Positions 1-13,909 of a stretch of DNA of 64,000 nt are shown here, piece after piece. Source of the stretch: Eledone cirrhosa (lineage: Eukaryota); contig OZ024745.1 in the NCBI GenBank assembly GCA_964016885.1, positions 68,882,001-68,946,000 on the forward strand. The letters are read 5' to 3'. Each line of letters starts with the position of its first letter. Within the stretch, counting starts at the first letter, position 1. The position numbers were made by a program, and so were the translations under genes. A model generated the notes under the pieces. It was not told the DNA's origin. It made no database searches and saw only the letters and a list, made by a program, of their open reading frames with translations.

Positions 1-90
1 TGCCTTTCATCCTTACGGGGTCGATAAAATAAAGTACCAGTAATGCACTGGGGTAATTGCTGGCATTCTGCCAAAAGTAGAAACAATTAT
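1..90 (+). mobile_element. SINE family A, 3' part (cut by window edge)
   Basis: GCCTTTCATCCTTACGGGGTCGATAAAATAAAGTACCAG core shared with more than 15 copies in the window. Confidence 0.85.
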
Positions 91-550
91 ATTTTAAGTT
101 CAAATCTTGCTGAAATCAAGTCTACTTATCATCCTTCAATATTATTATTGTTTTGTGTCCACTCATTCATGCTGACATGGGTTGGACAAAACTTTATGAA
201 AATCATTTGTAAATATATCAGCTGGTCACTCTTTTCTATCTATCGTGGTATTTCACCTGATTTATAACAATCAACTGTGTTTACATTTATTTTCTGCATT
301 TGAGAATTTCTACATTTTCTAAGAATTTATAAACAGTGTTTTATAGCCAACACAGGAGAATATGGTAAACCTATTCTCAAAACTGAGGGTCGATAAAATA
401 AGTATTGGTGAAGTACAGTGATCAATCTATAAGCATATCATACATCCTGGATGTGAACAATGAGAGTTTAAAGCCATTTTCCCTGTTAAAGCAGGAATTA
501 GCCTTGTGAGCCCTATAGTATGTACTCATCAATGGGATCCTTTTTGAAGC

Positions 551-835
551 AAAGTTTTACATGATGTTCTTCATGGCACTAATCCTTTTAGTTTGCTTCT
601 AACAACAAGCAAGGATACAGTATACTTATTCTAAGCTGGATACACACATATTCTAGATGTGAATGGAATTATAATAGAAGATACTTATAGAAAAGTTTTA
701 CAACCAGATGAATTGCTTGGCACCAACCCTGTTAATTTGCTTCTAACAACATGTAAGGATATGTTGTAAATATTCTAAACAGAATACACACACACATTGT
801 AGACTTGAATAGAATGATAAGAGGAGATATTGATA
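551..835. repeat. Diverged ~140-bp tandem duplication
   Basis: AAAGTTTTAC..TTTGCTTCTAACAACA..AAGGATA..TATTCTAA..ATACACACA occurs twice. Confidence 0.75.
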
Positions 836-1056
836 CAAATAAATTGTCTCTGATATTTCAATAACTATTTTATGACATTCATTCAGCAAAATGATTGGTG
901 CTGTTCTTTAATATCTTCTTGCAGATGAAAATACCTACTTAAAAATTCTTATCAACTGCATTTTCATAAAGCAAGTTGTTTGTTTTTCCCCACAGCTAAT
1001 CTTTTCAATAAAGATGAAGGGTATATACCATACTTAGAGATAAAGTATGCTAAATA

Positions 1057-1245
1057 GAAGGGTTGGCTGAAAGGTTCATAGGCTGACCATGGAATGACCA
1101 AATCAGGTTTATTTTTTCAACATAGTTTCTAGAAAGAATCAAGGCAGTTATTAATAAGAAGAGTTGAAATTATTGATGCAAGATTCACAGCCCTAGCATG
1201 ATTCCTTCTTCATAGTTAGCCTATGAACTTTCCAGCCCACCCTTG
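1057..1245. mobile_element. Mariner-type MITE
   Basis: ~32-bp imperfect TIRs AAGGGTTGGCTGAAAGGTTCATAGGCTGAC / GTTAGCCTATGAACTTTCCAGCCCACCCTT, with TA on both sides. Confidence 0.75.
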
Positions 1246-2392
1246 TACAACATAATTTTACCTTTAGGTTTTCCTAAAGTTAAAAATAATGCATCTGCTT
1301 ATTCAAATCTTATCATATTGCACTGCATAAATCCACACCAGTAAGACATTCTTGAAAAGTACAAAACGGCACTATATCTGCATTACATTAAAAATTAATG
1401 TTTTTATTCTGTTCACTATTGACAATTGAATTAACAAACCTGCTTTTAGATATTTTTTGCAGAAACGTGACAGTGTGTTAAAAGCTAAATGATATATTTC
1501 TCAAACAAAATTATATTTAACTAATTATCTTCTTTGATACCTACTTTTACCAACAAGTAGATGAAATGGACAGTAAAGTAAAAAAACACACAAAAAAAAA
1601 CAAAGGTAAGAAAAACAAGACTTAGATTCAGTGATATTTTTAATCACATCTTCAGTTTTTCTCAACTATTTTATCACAACTTTATTTGTGGACAACTCCA
1701 GCTCTCTGCTATTAATCCATAATTGATTTTTCATCATCGACATTCATTATTCATAAAAACTTGAGCATATAAAAAATTTCAATATAAATACATAGAGTGT
1801 GAACATATAGGTGTGTAGAAAAAATAAGTGTTAAATAGTTTGATTATATTTTTAAGTGCTTTGGTTTGACAAATATTCTTAACAGTACTTAGCATAGGCT
1901 GATTAGTTTGTTGACATTTGCAATGATGATGAAACCAAACCATCATCACCATCATCAAGATGCTTTTTCATGCTAGCATGGGTTGGACGAAATGTTACAG
2001 CCCAGGTCAATACTTAATCAGAGGCACTGTCCTCCCAGACCACCTGGGTGACATGTCTCATCTACATACACCTTAGTTTTAGCTTGGTCTCTATAGTTGG
2101 ATAACTTTTTATCACAAACCCTTTTACAGAGTGTACTGGGTGCATTTTATCATTTACCAGTACTGTGGAGGTTGTCACATGGCCGTGAGAAAACTGAAGA
2201 GTCCTCTCAACTTTCTGTCTACCATGTATTCTATGGCTTGGCTAGATGCTCTTCCTAACACCAATTACTTTACGGTGTGTACAGGGTCCTTTTTATCATG
2301 CCTCCAGCACTAATTTATTTAGATATATTGCAAACAAAGCTTGTATGATTATCTGAGGAAGTGATATAGTAAAGATAGATGATGTACACTCT

Positions 2393-2820
2393 ATTTAAGG
2401 ATTTTAATGCCTCAGGTTGAATATCATCCTCCCCAGCAGCCATGCCAGATTTGAGCGTTTTCATTGAGATCAAAAGCAATGAATGAGGGTGTTGGACTCA
2501 GCCAAGGGTATGTACTATCATCTCTCTTGTTCATAATCCTCATGAATAGGATTGACATGCACAGCTGGGCTGGAAGTGGTATCTAGACTGGCAGGTGTAG
2601 GATCCATCATCTGGAATTTGCAGACAACATAGTAATACTTAACTTGTCAGAAGGTGATCTCTGAGATGCATGATAGGTTTGCTGTTGAGTGCTGCACAGT
2701 ATGAATGAAAATCAGTGCTGTAAAGACTGAGAGACTCATTTTCTCAAGGAAACCTACACAGTGCACTCTTCATGTGAGTCAAGTTCCATTGAGGCAGGTG
2801 GAGAAGTTCAAGTATCTTGC
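2393..2820 (+). mobile_element. RTE-clade LINE reverse-transcriptase fragment (degenerate)
   Basis: Translates GVGLSQGYVLSSLLFIILMNRID..LEFADNIVIL..MKISAVKTE..QVEKFKYL with stops. The first ~50 bp is an inverted upstream RT piece. Confidence 0.85.
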
Positions 2821-5800
2821 TCAAAAACACATTGACACCCAGTCCAGCAATCAAATCTATGACCTTATGAACGTAAGTCCAACACTAAATACTAGATAAC
2901 TTGAATAATTTAACAACAACAGGAAAAAAGGAAAGCAAAGTGATGCTATATGCTATTCAATGTGTGATTGGAAATAGATCTAAATGTGTGGAGATGAAAG
3001 CAGAATAATTCTTAAATAACTTTGTGAACAAAATATAATTAAATAATAACAATATCATGGAAGAGTCATTGTATCCATTAGAAAACACAAACACAAACTA
3101 TTATATTTATTTTACATTAATTCTTGGATGTCAGTTACCAGATTACAAAGCTTGTGATAAAAATGTTGACACAAATAATAACTGATACATGTATACAATG
3201 AAATTTCATAGATTTGTTTTGTGATATCTTTATGGCTAAAATGACTCTTCTATAATGTAAGTGCTTTACTTTGAACACATGGTCTAAAATGAAATCACAT
3301 GCCTAACAATTTCATAGTCTCTAAATTAAAATTTAGGACAGATCTATGTAGATTTTACAGGCCTCCTATGAAGTTGTATCTTATAGAAGGTTTCTTGATT
3401 ATTTTAACGATTGGGGCCCCATAAAATTAATAAAAAACTACATGACATAAATGTACTGCTGAGTTCGGGAATCGAATACATGACCTAACAATGATTCCAA
3501 CAACTTAACTACTAGGCCAAATGATTTCTCAACATAGTCTCTGGCTAAACAACATCCTAAGATAAACAGAGAGGAGCCTGTAACTAGCGCCTGTGTAAGT
3601 CCACCAACTGGCAGTTTTTACAAGATAAGCTAAAAAATGGTGCTTGCACCAGAAGTGGAAAAATAAACACTGAGATAATGTAAACTTAGTTCCATTATCC
3701 TTCTTCTCCTTCTAGGATACTCTGACACTTCTTTTTCAGACAGGTATCACTAATTTATAAACATCGCACAAATACTTGCAAATAGGTCTAGAATTACTAC
3801 CTCAAAAATGTTTTGGATCTATGATTGCATTACTCTCCTAGAAAAAAGAAAAACACTAAAAAAGAAAAAGACTAAACCAAATAAATAAAATATGCTGCAT
3901 CCAAATTTTCTAAATTCCATTCAGGAAGAAGAAAAATAAAATAAAATAAAATACAGTAATTGAATGAAAAAATAAAAAGAGGCTTCTAAAATATATTTTC
4001 TATGAAACAACTTATGTTACAGATTGAGTTATTATCCCTGTTTCTTAGCAACACATGAAACATCCACCTGCTCTTTCTAACTAACACAATCAGTACACCT
4101 ACTGTAGTTAGATGGAGGTATCAGGTTACAGGTTTCCACAGCAGTATACCATTTGGTCAACACAGATTGTTATCTAGCATACAAGGTGTATGTAAGATAA
4201 TGGATTTGTATCTTAAATATACATTGCATCACATACTTAATAAAAGATTAACACTTGTGTTACCATATTTCTAATGAAAGACCCTACCTATGATTTTCAA
4301 ATAATTTTGAAAATGAGAATTTGGAAGGATTTAGTAATATAACTTACTGTGTTATTAAGCTGGTGTTTAGAATGCAACACATTTTCTTACATGAATTTAC
4401 AATGGAAAGTTTTCAGATAAATATAAGCACTAAGTCTTTGATTATCATATTTCTAATGAAAGTCACTTCCTGTTATTTTCAAAACATTTTGAAAATAATT
4501 GGATTTGGCATTTAGTAATATAACTAACTTTCTCAAAATAAATGTGTTGCTTGAAACATAACTTAAATTTTCCAATAAAATTATAGTGGAAAGTTTTTTT
4601 GATAAATATAAACACTTTAAATCAAAATGTTTGGTATTATAGAAACAGGGGTAGTTACAGGTAGTTTGGTATCGAAAGGATTAAATACAAATACACAGCT
4701 ATAAAATATAAAAACCCACTACAACAAAATTAATTGAGATAAAGTTCAGATATATTGGTGTTAAACAAACGTTTTGGTGATTCAAAATTTCATAATCAGT
4801 TGTATATATTTGCAAAGAAGAAGAAATAAAAAAAGAGGGAGAAAATAAAAGGCAGGAAAACTCTATTACCCTTGGCTGAATGGTATATATCATCTACACC
4901 TTAAGGACAAAATAACAAAAGCATTGCTGCAAAGAACAGCCAGCAATATTTCAGCCATTCCATCTCACAAGACTCCTTCCTTAGGTGAGATGCACTGCTA
5001 CCAAATTAGCAGAGAGATATGGCAGTCCAGAGATTGGAGAGACAGGGTGCCATGATGGCTACCAGCACAAAAAAGAAAAGATCAGTCAAAACTTTATGTT
5101 AAAGTTAGTAGCTACTCTGACGGACACCCATCCTTTTAGTTACTTCTTACAATGCACAAGGATATAGTGCACATCATCATCATCATTATCATCGTCGTTT
5201 AACATCTATTTTCCAGGCTTGAATGGGTAGGACGGGCTGTTCCTTTGTGAGAGATCAGATCAGAGGACTGTGTTTCGCTCGCACAGAACTGATTTTGGCT
5301 TCACTTCTATGGTTGGATGCCCTTCCTAATGTCAACCACATTCACAGTGTATGCTGGGTGCTTTTTGTCATGGCACCTACATGACCACTTTACAGTGTGG
5401 GCTGGACACTATTTGTTGTGTCACCAACACGACCACTTTTCAGTGTGGACTAAGCACTTTTGTCCCTATTTTAAAAACTGGAAAACACACATACTAATAC
5501 CAGCCTGTAAAGCTTAAACTCTATAGAGATGAACATTTACTTAGATATACTGTACACCAAATCCAAGATCAGTATAAGATATAGGTTATTTTTGCATCAG
5601 TGTTGAATGAGAAAACATCACTGAAGATCAATAAATATATTGAAACACTAGTTTGGCACTCTCACAGCTTAAAATACCCATAATGAGACTTATGCATGTC
5701 TACTATACATAGAAATTTTGTATATTCATTTACACTTCATTTATATATCAGATAGTCCTTATTTATTCAACAGTATAATAGATTCAATAGTTCTGGTAAT

Positions 5801-5871
5801 ACACATCAGATAAAACTACAATATCACATAAGTGATCTAACTGATAATGATGACTGAAACCAATGTATTAT

Positions 5872-6092
5872 TTGTATGTATGTAGATATCTATGTATGTA
5901 GGTAGGTAGTAATGTATGTATGTATGTATGTAGGTATGTATGTAGGTATGTATGTAGGTATGTATGTAGGTATCTATGTAGGTATGTATGTAGGTATCTA
6001 TGTATGTATGTATGTAGGTATGTATGTATGTATGTAGGTAGGTATCTATATATGTATGTGTATATGTATGTATGAATGAATGTATGTGTCTG
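5872..6092. repeat. (TATG)n/(TAGG)n compound microsatellite
   Basis: Direct reading. Confidence 0.95.
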
Positions 6093-8489
6093 TGTATAAT
6101 AGGAATATACCGTTCTTATCGTTGCTCAAATGCAACACTATAAATCTGTAATATATATATGTGCGTGTATATTCAAGACAAATAACAAGCTTTTAATTGT
6201 AAAGATTGTTTTTGGAAAGGAACCAGGCAGAGGTGTCTGACCTTGTTTGCATTGCCAAACTATAAAAATGCAATATGCCAAATAAATAATCTTTCATTCC
6301 AATTTTATATAAAATTCATTGTTATAAATCTTGCATTTTGTCTTACTTATGTTCTCGTTAACATTTACATTTTTTAACACTTTTATTAACATATTACTAA
6401 TGACCTGCACTATGTTTCAATTAATTAATGAAAAATTTGGAGATATTTACTAAGATTATGAAATATTTCATTTATTAAATAGCCTTCGTAATATGACTTA
6501 ATAATAGTATTTTATATAAAATTATGTTGGAAAGTCTTATTTTAAAACTTTCGATTCACAAACCACCTGAAACTGCTTATAGTTCTTTAATACAGATCTT
6601 TATTTTAAAGTGTTTATATTTAAACCTTCCATCACAATTTTATGTCAGAACCTTTGTTATATTTCAGATTTTCAAATTGATTTGGGAATATTAGGCAGTG
6701 CCATTCATTAGAAATATTGCATTGAAATAGGTACTGTTTAAAATAATTGGAACTTTTCATAGAACCAGTGCCAGTTTTTAGCTGATGGTATCAAAGGGAT
6801 TTACATGTAGCTTTAATACTGAATATAAACCAATGAGGAAGACTTTGTAGTTACTCAGCATGCTAGAAATTGCAGTTAAATCTTTCACAAATCAAACATC
6901 CAACGGTCTGATACCAAACTACATAGAAATTGCCTCTGTTTGCTTTAAAATGTTTATGTTTAAATTTAAACTTTTCATCATAATTTTATGTTAAAATTTC
7001 ATCAAAACGTTTCAAACACCAACTTATGAATGAAAAATTAATTATTTTACACTCACACATATGTATAACCATCATCATTTAACATGATTTCGCTGCTGAT
7101 AAGGGTAGGTGGATCATCACAGACCAAGTCAGTACTACATCAGAGCCCCTGACTTCTTATTGGTCAACATGAGACTATATCAGAAGACACTTGCCAAAGT
7201 TGCTGCACAGTGGGACTGAACCCAAACCACTGCAAAGTAAACTCCTTAACCATACAGCCATACCTGCACTAATCTATTTCCTGGTGTCACAATTTTCATT
7301 GCACAATTGCAGCAAAACTACATCACAGAGTGTCACAGCAGCAAAGTTTCAAGTTAGTTGCAGTACAATGAACATTTTTGACATCAAGAAATAAATGATA
7401 AATGTAGAGTTTGATAGTTTTGGGATGTTTTTAAATGGGCACTATGACTGTTCCATTATGTAAATCCTTTGGTTTCAACACAGTCTCAAATCAAGTCACT
7501 TGCCTAACAGGTACAATTCCCAATTTCCAAACACCTTGTAAATATTATTAACCCTTATATTTCAATTAAGTGATTAATTAAAAATCTTGTGGGATTTACT
7601 AAAATTAATAATTATTTTATTATTAAGATATTAGAAGATTTAAATTTAAATAGGGAGTCTTTAAAATGGGTGGTTTCATTTCATAGAGACAGAACCAGTT
7701 ATGACAAGGTTTGTACTAAATGGTTCATTTCTTGGAATTAAAAAAACAAAACAATAAAGCTCACTGGGCTGAATTCTTTCATTAGTTGATTCCTACATTT
7801 CTTACTGACATCAGAGCTAGCAACTGGGTATTTAGTGTCCTTGGCCAATCCAACAACATGTACCTCATTTTCCCAAATAAAATAATTTGACAAGCCAAAA
7901 CAACATATTGTTTTAAGACTATTTTCCCTATTAAAGAAGGAGTTAGCCTTGTGGTCCCATAACAAGCTTTATATGCATCATGGAATCTTTTCATGACAAT
8001 GTTTTACAGCCAGATGCACTTCCTAGTATTACCACATTTACTTGTCTTTATGACATGCAAAGATACCATGTATTTTTCTGAATTTGATATATACAGCAAT
8101 ATCTCCAAAAGAATCAGTGTATAAAAAATAGAAAAGTCAAAGAATACATAAAATTGGTGTGAAATGAGTTAACAGCCATCTGTTGCATGTGAAAATTTAA
8201 AGGTAAATGTAAACAAATATATATTAAATGCACTTAGGTGATGACAATGCTGGTAACGACATTTAATGCAAATGAAAAACCCATATTGGAAGAAGATTTA
8301 CTGTGATGCAGTAGAAAGATGGAAGGAAACTGGGGTGATGAAGGAATGTAGAGGGAATAGAAAATAAAGCAGTGCTTAGATGAATAGACATTTTGAATGA
8401 GATTAGACACATGAAATGATGTATTGCAGATCTGCTGTGATCTAACCTGTTGTGCCAGCTTGGGAAAAATGGAAATTTAATTGATGACA

Positions 8490-8559
8490 AAATATATATA
8501 TATATATATATACAGACACACACACACATGCATACAAATATATATAAACACACACACAT

Positions 8560-8601
<42 letters not shown>

Positions 8602-9009
8602 GCACACATACATTTATATATATGTATATGCACATACATACATACAAATATATATGTATATACACATACATACATACAAATATATATATATATATATGTA
8701 TATATACACACATACATACATACAAATATATATGTATATGCACATACATACATACAAATATATATATATATATGTATATATACACACATGCATACAAATA
8801 TATATATATATATGTATATATACACACATGCATACATAGAAATATATATGTATTTGCACATACAAACACAGATATATATGTATCTATACACACATACATA
8901 CATACAAATATATATATATATATGTATATATACACACATACATACATACAAATATATATATATATATGTATATATACACACATACATACATATATATTTA
9001 TGTATATAT

Positions 9010-9046
<37 letters not shown>
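8490..9046. repeat. Compound TA/CA/CATA microsatellite with higher-order periodicity
   Basis: Direct reading. Confidence 0.97.
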
Positions 9047-9531
9047 ACAGAAAGCAAATGTAAAAATAGTGGAAATGATATTGTTGATATTGATGATATA
9101 TATAGATAGATCACCATCATATATATATATATATATATAATCACCACAACATTATCATTACCATCATTTTTACACCCATTTTCTAGACTGTAACGATGCT
9201 GGGGCACTGACTTGTTTTAATCAATCATATTAGTCCCAGTATTTACTGTTTCAAATCTCATACTTTTTTTTTATTGATTTTTTTTTTTTTAACTTATATA
9301 TATATAAACAGAAATCTATACATAATTGTGAACACACACATATGACAAGCTTCTGCAATTTCTGTGTCCTAAGTTCTACTCACAAGGCATTGTTTATATT
9401 GGGGCTATAGTAAAAGACACTTGCCCATGTTTCCACACAATTGAGACAAGAACCAAGTCTTTAAAAAGAAAACTCCTTAACAACAGGTATGTCTATATAT
9501 ACAGGCAAAAGCCTAGCTTTGTGTGTGTGGT

Positions 9532-9700
9532 TGACGTCTGAGAGAAAGGCATACTCAATACCGAAGTAGAGTTTTAATATTCATTTTATTAAGGCAAAAT
9601 AGTGAGTCTTGTTATTCTAGAGTACTTGTCTTATGACCCTATGTTAAACAGGTGAAACTTCAGAGTAACAATACTCACTATTTAGCCTTAATAAAATAAA
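9532..9700. mobile_element. Older fold-back + tail element
   Basis: Arms ~9584-9621 and ~9659-9696 (TTTTATTAAGGC.AAATAGTGAGT.TTGTTA.TCT), abutting (TA)n. Confidence 0.5.
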
Positions 9701-9727
9701 AATATATATATATATATATATATATAT

Positions 9728-9907
9728 AACAAAGGAGGTGTGGTAAGGAACCATGTGGACCATAACGCACCAGAGTACTCGATACTTAGAGTACTAGAGT
9801 AGGTGATAGGAAAAGAGTCAAGACCCCGACGGCTGAGCTCCAGCCGTTTCAATCTAGCTATTGAAACGGCTGGAGTTCAGCCGTCGGGGTCCTGACTCTT
9901 TGCCTAT
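9728..9907 (-). mobile_element. Fold-back + tail element family F1, copy 1 (PLE pLTR-like)
   Basis: Inverted arms 9806-9907 plus a ~78-bp one-sided tail. (TA)n on both flanks. Homologous to the 17367 and 17813 copies. Confidence 0.8.
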
Positions 9908-11147
9908 GTATATATATATATATATATAATCAGCAGAAGTAGTAACTTCATATTAATTTATGAAAAATGTTATGTATGCTTAATATTCCAATCTTATTTA
10001 TCTTTGTCATCACTTAAATTGTGTGTGTGTGTGTAAGTATGCATGTAGGTATATGCGTATGTGTGCATGTAGGTAGGTGTTTGTGTATGTAGCTGTATGT
10101 ATGTGTGTGAGTATGCTATATTTAGTTACTCCACCATTAAATCCATATCCAGATTTAATGTTGAAGATCAGATTTTATGCTAATCCTAAAGGATTTAGTT
10201 ATCTCAGAAGACATGAAACTGTTAGAACTGGTGACTTAGTAGTGTCATGTGATATATGGCATAAGCAGTGATTCAGTAGATATTTTACTTTTTTGTTTCC
10301 TTTTTATAGAGAGCAAATTAGCAGGGTCATTAGAAAACTGGAATTTGTTCTTGCTCTCTGTATTCTGAGATCAAATCCTGCCTAAGTAAGGTAGCAGTAT
10401 AGTATTGAGATGTATTCTTCTTCTTTCTCACTTTCTCACTTTCTCTCTGTTTCTGGTAGGTATCTATCCTTACATTTTATGTCTCCTTTTCCAAGTTAGC
10501 ATGATTTGGATTTGTTGTTATAGATCAAGTCAATAATTTTATGAGGGCTACTGCTCTCGTACACAGGCCAGGGGACTTCATCTCACTCAATAAGTTCCTT
10601 TGATGGCTTTTTTTTTCAGTTAGCTGCCCTCCCTAACACCAACTCTTTTACAGAATGTATTGAGTGGATTTTGTCAGGTCACCAGCACTAGGGAGGATGT
10701 CATGTCCTGGATATGACTGAAGACTCCTCCCTATTTTTTGTCAGCAAGGTTTCTACAACTGGCTGGCCTTCCTAATACCAATTGATTTGCAGAGCTTACA
10801 GAGTGCATTTTATTGTAGCATCAACTTATATATATCATCATAATTTTAGATCTACTTCCTATGCTGGCATGGGTTGTTTGGTTTGTTGCCACCTGAGACT
10901 AGATAGTTTGGAGATACCTCATCTTATGATCAATCTTTAACAATAGTGCTTGAAGGATCATTTGTAATATTCTATGAAAGACATGGGTTCACTGATTGTA
11001 TACATATGAAGAATGAAGGTAAATTTTTATGTAGATATAACTATAGTTTTTTTCATTAAACGCCTTTGGTTTGAAAAGAATGTAGTACTTCTGAAACATA
11101 ATACATGTTTAGCTTAACTACGAAAATATGTGAACAGATTCCCTTTC

Positions 11148-11490
11148 ATATCATCATCATCATTTCATTTTACGTCCACTTTTCCTTGCTTGCAAGGGTG
11201 GGACGGGAACTGATTCTGGCTTGATTTCTACAGCTGGATGCCCTTCCTAACACCAACCTCATTTACAGTGAGGGCTGGGTGCTTTTTTGCCGTGGCGCCT
11301 CCACGACCACTTTGCAGTGGAATGATAGGGACCCTAGTCCCTATCATCTCATTTCTACAGCTGAGTAAACTGGAGCAATGTGAAATAAAGTGTCTTGCTC
11401 AAGGAAACAACACATCACCCGGTCTGAGAATTGAACTCACAACCTTTCGATTGCAAGGCCAATGCTCTAACCACTAAGCCATGTGCCTCC
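11148..11490 (-). mobile_element. SINE family B, tail type 1, full length with (ATG)n tail
   Basis: tRNA-like head GGCACATGGCTTAGTGGTTAGAGC..GAGTTCAATTCTC and central CCTTGAGCAAGACACTTTATTTCACATTGCTCCAG. Highly similar to 31502-31849. Confidence 0.9.
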
Positions 11491-11678
11491 ATATATATAT
11501 ATATTTTATATATATATATATTATATGTATTTTATATATATATATAAAATACATATAATATATATATACATAAAATGTATATATATATGGAAAAGACAAA
11601 CAGAAATAACAGAGCAAATGACAGAATACAATGAAGAAATATGTTATTAGTTTTACGCTTGATATAGTAGGAAAAGAT

Positions 11679-11714
11679 TCTTAATGTTTCAGATGCTAGT
11701 CCTTCATCAGAAGA
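11679..11714 (-). ncRNA. Decayed minimal hammerhead motif, same family as 45086-45121
   Basis: Minus strand UCUU-CUGAUGA-AGGACUAGCAUCU-GAAA-CA-UU-AAGA, between (TA)n tracts. Shares the AATGAAGAAATAT...TTGATATAGTAG flank with the 45 kb copy. Confidence 0.45.
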
Positions 11715-11720
11715 TATAAC

Positions 11721-11776
<56 letters not shown>

Positions 11777-12192
11777 TTGTGTAATTTTCTCAATTCTGAA
11801 TAAAAAGATTAACTTTTTTCTATGAAGTGTAGCCAGAAGGCAAATTTTAAAAATACATTGATATACAAAGACACATTTGGGACGTGTAAATTATTAATCA
11901 TTTAAGTTAGTGTGTTTGTGTATCAGAAATTTCATATTATACAGGCTGTTGCATGCTGTTACTGTTGGTTTAATTAATTCCTAATGACCTTCCAACTGCT
12001 TAGTAATAAACTACTGTAACTAGACCAATTATCACACCAATTAGTTAATGACTTTTCTTCCACCACCTTCTCATTCTACTGTTTACTTGGGAGCAGCTTC
12101 TGAGCATGTTAAAAAATGTGTGGGAAATAAAAGAAAAGTAGATGCAGAGATAATGATCAGGTTGATATCAACATCATTATTAATTTAAATCT

Positions 12193-12380
12193 AGGGCGGT
12201 GGATTGGCAGTATCGGTAGAGGGTCGGACGCCATGCTTTGACTCATAGAGTTACAGCCCTTGCCATTCTGAGTTCCAATCCCGCCGAGGTTAACTTTGCC
12301 TTTCATCCTTACAGGGTCGATAAAATAAAGTACCAGTAATACATTGTGTAATTGCTGGCCTTGTGCCAAAAGTAGAAACA
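12193..12380 (+). mobile_element. SINE family A (tRNA-derived, short young subfamily), full length
   Basis: A-box-like TGGCAGTATCGG and B-box-like GAGTTCCAATCCC. 17-bp TSD ATTATTAATTTAAATCT at 12176-12192 and 12381-12397. Confidence 0.92.
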
Positions 12381-12484
12381 ATTATTAATTTAAATCTGCT
12401 CTCCATGCTGATATGGATTGGATGGATTGATATGGTGCAAACCTAGATAAATCTTGCTCACACATGTTTCATTATTAGTATAAA

Positions 12485-12705
12485 AGGTGCTGAATTGGCA
12501 ATATCATTAGAATGTCAGACAACATGTTTTGCAGCACAGAGTTACGTCCCTTTACATTCTGAGTTCAAATCCCTTTGGGGTTAGCTGTGCCTTTCATCCT
12601 TATGGGATCGATGAAATAAAGTACCAGTAATGCATTGGGATTGATTTAACTGACTTTTCCATTCCCCAAAATCGTTTTCTTTGTACCTAAATCAGAAACA
12701 ATTAT
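12485..12705 (+). mobile_element. SINE family A, long (older) subfamily
   Basis: Same head and core plus an extra GATTTAACTGACTTT..CCCCAAAA segment. More diverged. Confidence 0.8.
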
Positions 12706-13719
12706 TAGTATGAGTTCAACAGCTGGATGCCCTTCTTAACACCAGTCACTTTACAGAGTGTATTGGATGCATTTTATCAAGGCACCACCATTATGAATTT
12801 ATCATGTACTGAGTTACAGAATGTACTGGGTATGGACATGATGTGTGGTCACTCAAAGTTGTGGGGAGGATAATTAAATAAGATTGATATTGAACAATAT
12901 TTGATGATACCAAGCCACCTGAAACTACCTTAGTCCTATGATTCAAAACTGTTTATGTTCAAGTGTAAAAACTTTGCCCAAATTTGAATATCATCATCAT
13001 CGTTTAACGTCTATCTTCCACGCCAGCATGGGTTTAGATAGGTGAATATATTGAATGAAACCTCACTCTAATCCAAATAGGAGGGCAATAGCTCCAATTA
13101 AGTACTGGCATAAATATCAAACCATGCAAGCATGGAAAATGAACATATGATTGTTATGATGATGATATTTATATTTATCTAAATATCTTTCATTACCTTT
13201 GAAAACGATTTTGATAGCAATGAACCTGAAAATGCACCTTGGTTCCTATTTTAAAGTGTTCATCATAATTTTATTTAAGGAAATTTTGTTATGTTATTAT
13301 TCCAAACACTAGCGAAATAATAAGCAAGCTATTTATATTATTATTCTCTCCACATTTTTTATTATTCTAAAAACTATTTGTAAATTATAGCCAGTGTCTT
13401 TCACTAGATATATGATTACAAAATGATTAAATATTTATGTATATCTAAAAACCTTTCATTATAATCTTATGTAAAATAAAACTTGTTCAGTTATATATAC
13501 TACAAACAACTGCTTAAAAAGTTATTTCAAATTCTTGAATATTTAAAAAATCATTCCAACATCATCAGAAATAGATCTTGTTAAAAATATGGTAAAGAAA
13601 GGGTCGAATATTATAAAAAAAAAAGGGTTCAAGTGGTTATATTTATCTAAAAACCTTCTATCATAATTTTATGTAGGGACCTATGGTAAGTTATGGTCTA
13701 AACACCAGTTTAATAATAA

Positions 13720-13909
13720 TGTTTCTACTTTTGGCGCAAGGCTAGCAATTACACCAGTGCATTACTGGTACTTTATTTTATTGACCATGTAAGGATGAAA
13801 GGCAAGGTTAACCTGGTGGGATTCGAACTCAGAACATAAAGGGCCATAACTTCTCTGTTTCAAAGCATGGTGTCTGACGGTCTGCCGATACTGCCAAACC
13901 ACTGCCATG
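13720..13909 (-). mobile_element. SINE family A, short subfamily
   Basis: 13-bp TSD AGTTTAATAATAA at 13707-13719 and 13910-13922. Confidence 0.88.

Noticed and set aside
5615-5660. CTGAAGA-hairpin-GAAAC motif
   Set aside because: Stem I is only 3 weak pairs and the hairpin sequesters GAAA. Chance level in AT-rich DNA.
8263-9207. Long ORFs of 83-191 aa (YIYI/HTHT-rich)
   Set aside because: Translations of TA/CA microsatellites. The same applies to ORFs at 17.1-18.3, 32.9, 36.2-36.7 and 59.0-59.5 kb.
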